Shown piece by piece: positions 56,609 through 64,000 of a DNA stretch of 64,000 bases. Position 1 is the first letter of the stretch, and the number at the start of each line of letters is the position of its first letter. The notes under the pieces were generated by a model. That model was not told where the DNA came from. It saw only the letters and a program-made list of their open reading frames with translations, and did not search any database. Origin of the DNA: an uncultured Acidimicrobiales bacterium (GTDB taxonomy: Bacteria > Actinomycetota > Acidimicrobiia > Acidimicrobiales > Bin134). Made by a program: the position numbers and the translations under genes. The DNA lies in contig OX638344.1 of the NCBI GenBank assembly GCA_951813555.1, forward strand, positions 2,854,475 to 2,918,474. The letters run 5' to 3'.

Positions 56609-58153
56609 CTACGGCTGGCGGGCCAGGTATTCCTCGCGCAGGGGCTTCTTGTAGAGCTTGCCGGTGGGGAGACGGGGGAAATCGGCCCGGAAGTCCACCA
56701 CCCGGGGCACCTTGTAGATGGCCAAGCGCTGGCGGGCGTAGCTGCGCAGCTCCTCGGCCAGAGCATCGGACGGCTCGATTCCGTCCTCAAGCTGCACCAC
56801 CGCATGGACGTACTCCCCCATCTCTTCGTCGGGCAGGCCGATGACGGCCACGTCGGCCACCTCGTGGTGCAGGGCGAAGCAGGCCTCGATCTCCTGGGGA
56901 TAGATGTTGACCCCGCCGCTGATGATCATGAACGTGGCCCGGTCGGTGAGGTACAGGTAGCCGTCGTCGTCGAGGTATCCGACGTCGCCCACCGTGGACC
57001 AGTTGTCGTGTTGAGGGTGGCGGGAGTCCTTTGTCTTCTCCGGGTCGTCGTGGTACTCGAAGGTCGGTGTTTCCTGCTCGAAGTAGACGACGCCGGGTTC
57101 TCCGGGTCCGAGCTCGCGGCCGTCGTCGTCGCAGATGTGGGGTATTCCCATGATCGCCTTGCCCACCGACCCCTTGTGGTCAAGCCAGTCTTCGGCACCG
57201 ATGAAGCACAGCCCGTTGCCTTCGGTGGCGGCGTAGTACTCCTGCACGATCGGGCCCCACCACTCGATCATCTGCTCTTTGACCGGCACCGGGCAGGGAG
57301 CGGCCGCGTGGACCGCCATCTTCAGCGATGACAAGTCGTAGCGGTGGCGGACCTCGTCGGGAAGCTTGAGCAGGCGGATGAACATGGTTGGCACCATCTG
57401 GGTGTCGGTCACCGAATACTGCTCGACAAAGGCCAAGAAGCGCTCCGGGTCGAAGCGGTCCATGATCACCAGCGTGCCGCCCAGCTCGTGCACTCCGGCG
57501 CTGTACATCAGCGGTGCGGAGTGGTACAGAGGCGCCGGGCTCAAGTACACCGAGCTCTCGTCCATGCCCAGCAGGTGGTGCTCGAGCATGCCGATGCCCG
57601 ACAGGCTGGCGTCGTCGATGGTGAGGCCCGTCAGGGGCCGCAGGATCCCTTTGGGGCGGCCGGTGGTGCCCGACGAATACAGCATCACCTCGCCCTTGGG
57701 CAGGCGGGCCAGCGGCTCAGGGGGCATGGCGGCCACCGCGTCCTCGTATGACTCGAAGCCGTCAGCGGCGCCGTCGATCATCAGCTTGTGCTGGCAGCCG
57801 GGGATGAGGTCGAGCATCTTGGTGGCTGGATCGGCCATCGCCGCGGTGGTGATCAGCGCGATAGAGCCGCTGTCGTTCACCAGATAGGCCGCTTCTTCGG
57901 GCGACAGATAGCGGTTGATGGTGGTGAAGTACAGGCCCGAGGTCATCGCCGCCCAAAAGACCTCGTAAAAGCGGCGGTTGTTCTCGGCGAAGATCGAAAT
58001 GTGGTCGCCCTCCCGCAACCCCCGCTCGTAGAGAAGCTGGGCCAGGCGGTTGGCTGAGTCATCCAGCTCACGGTAGGTGGTGACCTCCCCCGTGGAGGCC
58101 ATGATCTGCGCCGCCTTGTCCGGTGTGGTTTGGGCGTGCTTCCCCGGATACAT
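56609..58153 (-). CDS. Acyl-CoA synthetase (AMP-binding, FadD-like)
   Basis: MLYSSGTTGRPKGI, YYAATEG, VGDVGYLDDDGYLYLTDR, GKLYK. Confidence 0.88.
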   Translation of the reverse strand: MYPGKHAQTTPDKAAQIMASTGEVTTYRELDDSANRLAQLLYERGLREGDHISIFAENNRRFYEVFWAAMTSGLYFTTINRYLSPEEAAYLVNDSGSIALITTAAMADPATKMLDLIPGCQHKLMIDGAADGFESYEDAVAAMPPEPLARLPKGEVMLYSSGTTGRPKGILRPLTGLTIDDASLSGIGMLEHHLLGMDESSVYLSPAPLYHSAPLMYSAGVHELGGTLVIMDRFDPERFLAFVEQYSVTDTQMVPTMFIRLLKLPDEVRHRYDLSSLKMAVHAAAPCPVPVKEQMIEWWGPIVQEYYAATEGNGLCFIGAEDWLDHKGSVGKAIMGIPHICDDDGRELGPGEPGVVYFEQETPTFEYHDDPEKTKDSRHPQHDNWSTVGDVGYLDDDGYLYLTDRATFMIISGGVNIYPQEIEACFALHHEVADVAVIGLPDEEMGEYVHAVVQLEDGIEPSDALAEELRSYARQRLAIYKVPRVVDFRADFPRLPTGKLYKKPLREEYLARQP

Positions 58154-58220
58154 GTGGTGGGTACTCCCCCTTGGTCAACTGACAGAGGGAGAGTAGTGGC
58201 CCGTACTTGAAGCAGTCTTC

Positions 58221-58592
58221 CTACAACTCGTTGCAGCCGCGGAAGCCGGGGTCGGGGCCGCCGCGGCGGGGCGGGGCGAAGAAGTCATTCTCATCGTCGT
58301 CGAGCCGGTTGCACTTGCGCAGCATCGCCCGCCTCTCGGCCTCCAAGAACAGATACCGGGCCACGTCGTCAGGGGTGTCGTCGCTGGCAAACAGGTCGCT
58401 GGCCACCGGATCGCGCATGAGTTCTCTGCGGATGTCGTCTTTGGTGATCGCCGTGCCGTCAGGGCCGACGGTGCGCACCTTCGCCAACTTCCGCCGGTAC
58501 CACTTGTTTCTCAAGAAGGGGTACAGCAACCCCAGGTTGAACATCATCAACCCGAAAGACCCGTACACCGCCACCGTCAGGAGCACACCCAT
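58221..58592 (-). CDS. Hypothetical small membrane-anchored protein
   Basis: One N-terminal TM segment (MGVLLTVAVYGSFGLMMFNLGLLYPF) followed by a charged tail. I recognised no family. Confidence 0.45.
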   Translation of the reverse strand: MGVLLTVAVYGSFGLMMFNLGLLYPFLRNKWYRRKLAKVRTVGPDGTAITKDDIRRELMRDPVASDLFASDDTPDDVARYLFLEAERRAMLRKCNRLDDDENDFFAPPRRGGPDPGFRGCNEL

Positions 58593-58727
58593 CCTGTGTT
58601 TCTCCTCGCATATGCGAATTGCCTGGGCGCCCTGAAGGTCGGGTGCGATACTTTCTAGCTATCATACTAATTTTCAATGTATGTTAATGCAAATGAAGAT
58701 GTTGATGGTAGGTCAGCGGCATGGATC

Positions 58728-58741
58728 CTGCGGATCCGCAG
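58728..58741. promoter_or_regulatory. Perfect 14-bp palindrome CTGCGGATCCGCAG upstream of hicA
   Basis: Lies 17 nt before the hicA ATG at 58759 and just after an AT-rich stretch (58640-58710). Confidence 0.35.
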
Positions 58742-58758
58742 TGCCTCGCCCAAGCTAG

Positions 58759-59013
58759 ATGACACGAGACGAAAAGCGGTTGGAGAGAATCCGGAACAAC
58801 CCGGGCGATGTCTCGTGGGCTGACCTGGTCGCGGTTTGCGACCTATGCTTTGGCAAGCCGCGGCGACGTAGGGGCAGCCACCTGATCTATGACACTCCGT
58901 GGATGGATCATCCGTTGCTGGTCCTTCAGCCCCGCAAGGGCAAGGCGAAGCCCTACCAGGTACGCCAGGCGCTGCGGGCGCTCGACGAGATGGAGGAACA
59001 CGATGGCAATTGA
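58759..59013 (+). CDS. hicA: HicA-like type II toxin
   Basis: GSHLIYDTPWMDHPLLVLQPRKGKAKPYQVRQALRAL fits the HicA GSH...P-x-H...lk pattern. It precedes and overlaps the hicB-like gene by 11 nt. Confidence 0.6.
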   Translation: MTRDEKRLERIRNNPGDVSWADLVAVCDLCFGKPRRRRGSHLIYDTPWMDHPLLVLQPRKGKAKPYQVRQALRALDEMEEHDGN

Positions 59014-59236
59014 TCAGTATCGGTTCTGGACTGAGTGGTCTGACGAGGACGGCGAGTGGGTCGGCCTGTGCGACGGCTTCCCCTTGATCAGCTGGCTGGA
59101 GCCGGATCGGGAAGCAGCGGAGTCGGGCATCCGGGCCGTGGTTGCCGAGGCCATCGAACACCTATTGGATCAGGGCAAGCCTCTGCCTGAGCCTGGTGTG
59201 GCATGGCCGCCTCAAGTGGCGGCGCGCCGCCTTTAG
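59003..59236 (+). CDS. hicB: HicB-like antitoxin (UPF0150 fold only, no DNA-binding tail)
   Basis: MAIDQYRFWTEWSDEDGEWVGLCDGFPLISWLEPDREAAESGIRAVVAEAIEHLLDQGKPLPEP. Confidence 0.55.
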   Translation: MAIDQYRFWTEWSDEDGEWVGLCDGFPLISWLEPDREAAESGIRAVVAEAIEHLLDQGKPLPEPGVAWPPQVAARRL

Positions 59237-59314
59237 GCCGATTTGAGGTCTCAAATGGTAACAACACAGACATAACCATGGGACGCAGCGGCTCACCTGC
59301 GGACTGAAGAGGAC

Positions 59315-59539
59315 GTGATTGCGTACCTGGACGCCGCTTTTGCCGAGAGCGATCCAGGGTTGATCGTCGCCGGTCTGAGTGACGTCGCTCGCGCCAAAGG
59401 CAAGACAGAAGTCGCCAAGGATGCGGGGCTCCTTCCCGACGATATGTCAAACAGCAACAACCCCGGCCTCGGGTCCGTGCTCAGGGTGCTTGACGCCCTC
59501 GGCCTACGCCTCCACGACACTCTCGCGTCAAGTACCTGA
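59315..59539 (+). CDS. Solo addiction-module antidote protein (HigA-family HTH), N-terminally short
   Basis: IAYLDAAFAESDPGLIVAGLSDVARAKGKTEVAKDAGL...NPGLGSVLRVLDALGLRL matches the 'probable addiction module antidote' family. The frame is closed by TAA at 59273-59275. There is a GTG start and no cognate killer gene upstream. Confidence 0.6.
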   Translation: MIAYLDAAFAESDPGLIVAGLSDVARAKGKTEVAKDAGLLPDDMSNSNNPGLGSVLRVLDALGLRLHDTLASST

Positions 59540-59571
59540 CTGGTAACAAGGGTGCAGCGTTTCCCATTGAG

Positions 59572-59588
59572 ATGTACGATTCGTACAT
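59572..59588. promoter_or_regulatory. Palindrome ATGTACGA-T-TCGTACAT overlapping the phd start
   Basis: Perfect 8-bp arms at 59572-59579 and 59581-59588. The second arm contains the preferred ATG (59587). Confidence 0.45.
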
Positions 59589-59838
59589 GACAGAAGTGCC
59601 AGTTAGCGAGGCCCGAAACCGGTTGGCCGAAGTGATCGAGGAGGCCCGGCGATCAGGCGAGCCCATCTCGGTAACCCGCCGAGGCCGACGAGTTGCTGTG
59701 ATCTTGGATTCAGACGCCTTCGACCGGCTCGTCGACATCGCTGATGACATCGAGGATCGCCGTGAACTCGCTGCGGCGCGAGCCGACGACGACTATGTGC
59801 CCTGGGATGAGGTCAAGGCTGCACTGGGACTCTGGTGA
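59587..59838 (+). CDS. Phd/YefM family antitoxin
   Basis: MTEVPVSEARNRLAEVIEEARRSGEPISVTRRGRRVAVIL. Confidence 0.85.
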   Translation: MTEVPVSEARNRLAEVIEEARRSGEPISVTRRGRRVAVILDSDAFDRLVDIADDIEDRRELAAARADDDYVPWDEVKAALGLW

Positions 59839-60101
59839 GCCGATACACCGTCGAGATCGCCCGTCGGGCCGTCAAATCGATTGCTGCTCTGCCGCGCAAA
59901 GAACAGCAGCGGATTCGAGCTGCAATAGATCTGCTGGCCGACGAGCCACGGCCCCCTGGCTGCGTTGCGCTCACCGGTGAGCAGTCTGTGTATCGAGTAC
60001 GCGTCGGTAACTATCGAATCTTGTATGAGGTCATCGACACCGGCTTGGTGATTCTGGTGATCCGTGTCGGACATCGCCGTGATGCCTATCGATCCCGCTG
60101 A
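59835..60101 (+). CDS. RelE/ParE family toxin
   Basis: GTGA overlap with phd. YRVRVGNYRILYEVIDTGLVILVIRVGHRRDAY. Confidence 0.85.
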   Translation: MSRYTVEIARRAVKSIAALPRKEQQRIRAAIDLLADEPRPPGCVALTGEQSVYRVRVGNYRILYEVIDTGLVILVIRVGHRRDAYRSR

Positions 60102-60137
60102 GGCAAAATGAATTACCTTGGGACGTTCCTATAGATG

Positions 60138-61253
60138 TCAAGTGCGGGTTGTGAGGGTGGCGAGGTCGGCTCGGAGGGTGCGGTAGAGCTCTCGGGCGAC
60201 GAAGCGTTTGAGGCAGCGGATGGCTTCTTTTTTGGTTTTGCCCTCGGCGACTCTGCGGTTCAGGTAGCTGCGGGTTTGTTCGCAGTAGCGGAGCCGGACG
60301 ATGACGATCATGTGCAGGGCGCGGTTGGCTTCGCGGTTGCCGGCGAAGTTGAGCCGGTGACGTTTGGTGCGTCGTGGCGATGCGGGGACGGGCGCGGCGC
60401 CGCACAGGTGGGCGAAGGACGCCTCGGAGTTGAGCCGGTCGATGTTCTCGCCGGCGGCGACGAGCAGGGCCGCGGTGTAGTGGGTGCCGCATCCGAGGCG
60501 CGACAGGGTTGTGGGCGCTGCGACGGCGACCAGCCGGTCGAGGCGGCGCTCGAGTTCGGCGGCATCGGCGCCGAGTTGGGCGATGCGGCGGCCGAGGCGG
60601 CGCAAAGCGGCTTTGGCGGCCTGGGCGGGATCGGCGAGGAGTCTGGTGTCTGGGCGCAGCCGTGCGCACACCGAGGCCTTGCCCTCGAGGGTGCGACGGC
60701 CGTCGAGCTGCTCGCGCAGCGCGGCGGGTGCAGTGACCAACAGGTCGCCGAGCTGGCACAGCGCAGCCGCCCGGGCCTTGACGGCGCTGCTGCGGGCGAC
60801 GCTGAGCTGGCGGATCGCCTCGACGATCCCGGTGGTGTCTTTGGCGGCAGCGGTCGCTTCGCCCGAGAGCACCTTGCGGGCCGCGGCCTTGGCGTCGATG
60901 GCGTCGTTCTTGCCGCGGCGGGCGCGCAGGTGCCGATGCGGCTGGTTGACCTCGACCACCGCACAGCCCCGCTCCAACAGAGACCGGGTCAAGGCGGCTC
61001 CGTAGGATCCGGTGGACTCGACGCCGACCGCGGCGATCTGGCCGAACGACGCGAGCCACTCATGGGTCGAGCGATAGCCGGCACACCTCGCGGGGAACGA
61101 CTCGGTGCCCAGCACCCGGCCCAATGGGTCGAGCGCGGCGGCGACATGGAAATCGGTGTGGCAGTCGATCCCCGCGATCACCGTTTGGTTCTGATCTGAA
61201 ATGCTGCTGTCCTTCTTCTCGAAGCGGCTGGCGTGCCGGGACGGGACGGACAT
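60138..61253 (-). CDS. IS110 family transposase (DEDD recombinase)
   Basis: VIAGIDCHTDFHVAAALD, VGVESTGSYG, KNDAIDA, and the C-terminal LCGAAPVPASP...GNREANRALHMIV module. Confidence 0.9.
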   Translation of the reverse strand: MSVPSRHASRFEKKDSSISDQNQTVIAGIDCHTDFHVAAALDPLGRVLGTESFPARCAGYRSTHEWLASFGQIAAVGVESTGSYGAALTRSLLERGCAVVEVNQPHRHLRARRGKNDAIDAKAAARKVLSGEATAAAKDTTGIVEAIRQLSVARSSAVKARAAALCQLGDLLVTAPAALREQLDGRRTLEGKASVCARLRPDTRLLADPAQAAKAALRRLGRRIAQLGADAAELERRLDRLVAVAAPTTLSRLGCGTHYTAALLVAAGENIDRLNSEASFAHLCGAAPVPASPRRTKRHRLNFAGNREANRALHMIVIVRLRYCEQTRSYLNRRVAEGKTKKEAIRCLKRFVARELYRTLRADLATLTTRT

Positions 61254-61453
61254 AACAGTGATGAGGCATCTGTCGCACAGGTTCCTATAAGGTCACGTCG
61301 CTCGTCCCGGACCGGCCGCCGTCAGCAACCCCGGAGACGGGCCGCCAACATCGACGAGTCCCAACCAAGGCACCCGCAACGCACGGGGCCAGTTTCACGC
61401 CAACCCAGACGCCGACGGCCCGCCCCGCACACATCTTCACTGTTTCACGCAGG
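61254..61453 (-). ncRNA. Speculative IS110 bridge (guide) RNA region in the 5' non-coding arm
   Basis: About 200 nt of non-coding sequence upstream of the recombinase, the location where IS110-group bridge RNAs have been described. It contains a 9-mer identical to the opposite IS end and a direct repeat gtttcacgc (61392-61400, 61442-61450). I could not verify any fold by hand. Confidence 0.2.
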
Positions 61454-61482
61454 CCCTGGGACCCCCTGGGTTTGGTGGAGGC

Positions 61483-61749
61483 GTGAATGCAGATGTGCGG
61501 CATAAGCAGACGTCGCGGCGGTATTCGCCGGAGCAGAAGGAGCACGCGGTGCGGATGGTGTTCGCGCTGTGTGAGGAGCTGGGCACCTCGGCGGACACGA
61601 TCACGCGTGTGGCTCGCCAACTCGGTTATGGGGTCGAGTCGGTCCACAAGTGGGTTGACCGGGCCAAGATCGACGCTGGGACCTGGGCGGGGCTGACCTC
61701 GGCGGAGAGCGAGGAGCTTAAGCGGTTGCACCAAGAGAACCGTGAGCAT
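61483..61749 (+). pseudogene. IS3-family transposase OrfA (HTH) fragment, 3'-truncated
   Basis: RRYSPEQKEHAVRMV...ITRVARQLGYGVESVHKWVDRAKIDAG...LTSAESEELKRLHQENRE. Similarity ends at about 61747. There is no frameshift site or OrfB, and GC content drops from about 61800. Confidence 0.7.
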
Positions 61750-61838
61750 CGTGCCGTTGGCCACCACAGCACACGGAGAAACTGTCACAGCCGTCGATAC
61801 GGTGGTCTAGGAGTCTGCAATTCTGAAAGGAAAACCAC

Positions 61839-62039
61839 ATGGAGACAATCGAGCGATTTACCTGGGGTGAACTGCTATGCACAATCTTGACCATATGGGG
61901 CGGATGGCTTTGGTTCTTCGCTGTCTTCGGCCTTGTCTTCTACGTCATGGACCTCAACCACATCACAGGACGTTGGAGATACCTGTTTCCACTAAGTATT
62001 GGGCTCGCGATTGTGTTATTGATCTGGATATTGTGTTGA
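61839..62039 (+). CDS. Hypothetical small two-TM membrane protein (low-GC block)
   Basis: aaaggaaaaccac precedes the ATG (SD-like). 66 aa with two hydrophobic helices (LLCTILTIWGGWLWFFAVFGLVFYV; YLFPLSIGLAIVLLIWIL). Confidence 0.5.
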   Translation: METIERFTWGELLCTILTIWGGWLWFFAVFGLVFYVMDLNHITGRWRYLFPLSIGLAIVLLIWILC

Positions 62040-62055
62040 ATTCGATGAGCTAAGC

Positions 62056-63027
62056 TTGTTTGACAGATATGGTATAATTGGAGCCGCAGTACGAGAGAAT
62101 GAATTGCAAGATATGGGTATTCACAAGATACTTAAGCCTCGTAGCCGTGAGGGACGAGTTCGCCTACTCAGCAAGCAAGGTCTGAATCATACTTGGTCAA
62201 TAGCTCAAATTTGGATCAGCGCCTGTGTGCTTATGTATCCTGCCCATAGCGCACGCTATATCTCAAGCGCTCTGGTATTGACTGTGCTGATTTGCTTGCT
62301 GCTGTCCGTTGAGGTCATGCCTTTGATGACTGTACTGGCCACTGTGTACATAGCGATGGAGTTATTTGACAGGTTTGCTCAGTCGCGTCGCAGGAATTTC
62401 GAGGGGAGTAGATTCCACGATGTTGAGAAACTGGACAATTTACAAAGAATCCTTATCTACAAGCGAAAGCAATTCTGGGCACAACGATTGCTTGCATCCT
62501 ATTTGCAAACCGAGCTTGACAGACGAAAATACTTGCAGTTTATGGTAGATGAGGGGCAGTGGGGAAGCCCGCCGTACGAATATGTGCGCATCATGGAATT
62601 CGAAGAGTGGCTAAATACGCGTATACAGGAATTCGGAGACTTCGGTCCCTGTGGGGAAGCGATTATGAACAATGCGCTCACTATTTCGCCTTGGGATCGT
62701 GAAAATACGGTCGATCAAGTGGAAAATGTCGTTGCAGCAGTGGACATGATGGTGGAACTCTGGGAAGGCGTTGCAAAATGGATACTGCGATGCCGTTCCG
62801 TGTGTGTGCATGACAGCGTAGGAGAAATACCTCAGGGCCTATCGGTGCTCGGCATGAGCATGTTCAGCACTCTACGCGATCTGCCTGGTGAGCTAACTTC
62901 TGTGATAGGCGAGATGATTGAAGAGCTAGGACGATATGGCGGTGAATGCAGTGTCACTGTGACTTTTGAGGCTGACGCTGAAGAGTTTTCTGGAGCCATA
63001 CAAGATGTTCTAACAGCGGTTGATTAG
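62056..63027 (+). CDS. Hypothetical membrane-anchored protein, no recognisable domain (low-GC block)
   Basis: Two predicted TM helices near the N-terminus, then a soluble region of about 210 aa. It starts 16 nt after the small TM gene. The start is TTG 62056 or ATG 62113. An extended -10-like TGgTATAAT lies at 62070-62078. Confidence 0.55.
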   Translation: MFDRYGIIGAAVRENELQDMGIHKILKPRSREGRVRLLSKQGLNHTWSIAQIWISACVLMYPAHSARYISSALVLTVLICLLLSVEVMPLMTVLATVYIAMELFDRFAQSRRRNFEGSRFHDVEKLDNLQRILIYKRKQFWAQRLLASYLQTELDRRKYLQFMVDEGQWGSPPYEYVRIMEFEEWLNTRIQEFGDFGPCGEAIMNNALTISPWDRENTVDQVENVVAAVDMMVELWEGVAKWILRCRSVCVHDSVGEIPQGLSVLGMSMFSTLRDLPGELTSVIGEMIEELGRYGGECSVTVTFEADAEEFSGAIQDVLTAVD

Positions 63028-63130
63028 AGGAAGCGATTGCATCTGAAATATGATCTCGGAAGACCATGCGCCACTCTCGTATATTAGTTTCATTAGAGGA
63101 AATATATTTACTGCATTGAAGCTTTACATC

Positions 63131-63259
63131 AAGCTTGGCCACCGTGGCCAGCGACAGGCTCATCTGAGCGGCCACATGGGCCTGAGACTTACCCCCCTGG
63201 ATCCGCTGGATGATCAACAACCACCCCATAGGGGTCAGGCATGCACTAGCGTGCGACAT
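63131..63259 (-). pseudogene. IS481-family transposase N-terminal (HTH) relic
   Basis: MSHASACLTPMGWLLIIQRIQGGKSQAHVAAQMSLSLATVAKL; compare the IS481 consensus start MSHANARLTP-GR-LL. No catalytic domain follows. Confidence 0.55.
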
Positions 63260-63429
63260 CGAGCTTCCCTTGCCAACTGTGAATGATCGCAATCACCACA
63301 CAGGCATCGGAGACTCACCTCATAGCGGAGCTAACAACCTCTGTGGACAGAATAGCTAGGGGCTGGTGGCCACGGGGAATCACTATTCGATCGACATGCG
63401 ATTGTAAATGCCAAGAATACCTTTACTCT

Positions 63430-64000
63430 CTATGGGGCAGTCTCCATCCCAGGAAATTGTTGATTTTCGTAACCGCTGATTTTCTTCTTCGTCCACCGCA
63501 TTAGAGAAATTGCACTTGGATGATCAGTTGCGTGGAACATGTGGTATTGTGGCCTCCCTGTATCCGGGTCCCTGATTGGCTGGGGTATCACATATTGATA
63601 CCCCAGCCCTCGTAGAAGATCTGCGTAACGTTCGACTAGCGCGCCGCTGGGCTTGTCGCTTTCCCACAGATCCCACCAATTGCCTCGCCTTCCGAAGATG
63701 CGATCGAGTGTACTAGCGCTAAGGGTTTCCGGATATCTCGACCGATCATCAGGCCAAAGGCGATAGATTGCTTGGTGGGAGTTGAATAAAATCCAAAGTT
63801 CCACTTTGCAAGCCCTAGGTCTACCATTAGACGTTGGTGGCGGCTCATAGCTCTTCCAATGGGCCAATGCTTCAATAGTATTCCATTCAAGTTGAGTGGA
63901 ATCCTGGTCCAACAGGACGAAGCACGGTCGAGAACAATCCAGGCGAGTCAGCTGGAGCAATTCTGGAATAACCTGGTTGCAGTCCCCCTGGTGCAGCGAG
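63430..64000 (-). CDS. Three-Cys-motif partner protein (TcmP)-like, 5' end beyond the window
   Basis: The frame is open to position 64000 (..SLHQGDCNQVIPELLQLTRLD..). FVLLDQDSTQLEWNTIEALA, KVELWILF, LDRIFG..W and YHMFHATDHPSAISLM match my recollection of the TcmP layout. Confidence 0.55.
   Translation of the reverse strand, partial: SLHQGDCNQVIPELLQLTRLDCSRPCFVLLDQDSTQLEWNTIEALAHWKSYEPPPTSNGRPRACKVELWILFNSHQAIYRLWPDDRSRYPETLSASTLDRIFGRRGNWWDLWESDKPSGALVERYADLLRGLGYQYVIPQPIRDPDTGRPQYHMFHATDHPSAISLMRWTKKKISGYENQQFPGMETAP

Larger units (their letters stand above)
60125..61453 (-). mobile_element. IS110-family insertion sequence (ends approximate)
   Basis: Transposase at 60138-61253. Imperfect 9-bp direct repeat ccttgggac (60116-60124) / ccctgggac (61454-61462) flanks 1329 bp. 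gttcctata occurs at the right terminus (60125-60133) and again in the 5' non-coding arm (61281-61289). Confidence 0.55.

Noticed and set aside
60031-61199. 342-aa and 354-aa ORFs overlapping the IS110 transposase in other frames or on the other strand
   Set aside because: The frame at 60138-61253 carries all the IS110 DEDD and C-terminal motifs. The others are Arg/Pro/Gly-rich shadows.
62060-62078. TTGACA and TATAAT hexamers that look like a perfect sigma-70 promoter
   Set aside because: The spacer is only 7 nt, so they cannot function as a -35/-10 pair. Only the extended -10 reading (TGgTATAAT) remains plausible, and I mention it as weak evidence.

Overview
Almost fully coding, high-GC chromosomal segment that looks actinobacterial. 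My hand counts give 67% GC at 20101-20160 and 80% at 47281-47340. All family names come from reading the translated ORFs and recalling family hallmarks; no database search was run. Many track ORFs carry spurious N-terminal extensions, so I re-picked starts where a stop/start overlap or a canonical N-terminus made the choice clear.

Core anchors on the minus strand are gap-pgk-tpiA (8.4-11.3 kb) and uvrC-methyltransferase-rapZ (50.5-54.1 kb). nadA is on the plus strand.

About 39 kb of accessory and catabolic genes lie between these two core blocks:
- a LysR-linked NitT/TauT-type ABC importer with a Rieske oxygenase and an alkaline-phosphatase-superfamily protein
- an operon of SDR, orphan CoxL-like molybdoenzyme, AtuA-like protein, DUF4387 and a Kelch-repeat lipoprotein
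- a translationally coupled operon of amidohydrolase, LLM, thioesterase and two CaiB-type CoA-transferases, flanked by more LLM oxidoreductases and a GMC oxidoreductase
- a LacI-controlled sugar ABC, isomerase and DUF993 cluster with a CoA-transferase and an acyl-CoA dehydrogenase
- a sulfotransferase cluster.

Toxin-antitoxin modules are frequent: DUF5615/DUF433, vapBC plus a vapB relic, hicAB, a solo HigA-like antidote, and phd/relE.

From about 58.6 kb to the window end the sequence is a mobile/defence-type mosaic. It holds a TA cluster, an IS110 element apparently nested in the left end of a truncated IS3, and a low-GC block (45% at 62101-62160). That block carries two uncharacterised membrane-protein genes, an IS481 relic and a partial TcmP-like gene. 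A second low-GC islet (42-53% GC, 48.5-49.3 kb) carries a lipoprotein gene and sits between duplicated sulfotransferase 3' ends.

No rRNA, tRNA or CRISPR array was seen.

Best candidates for something new:
- the low-GC membrane gene pair next to the TcmP-like gene
- the orphan CoxL-AtuA-DUF4387-Kelch operon
- a promoter/operator-like block duplicated at 30.7 and 46.0 kb.
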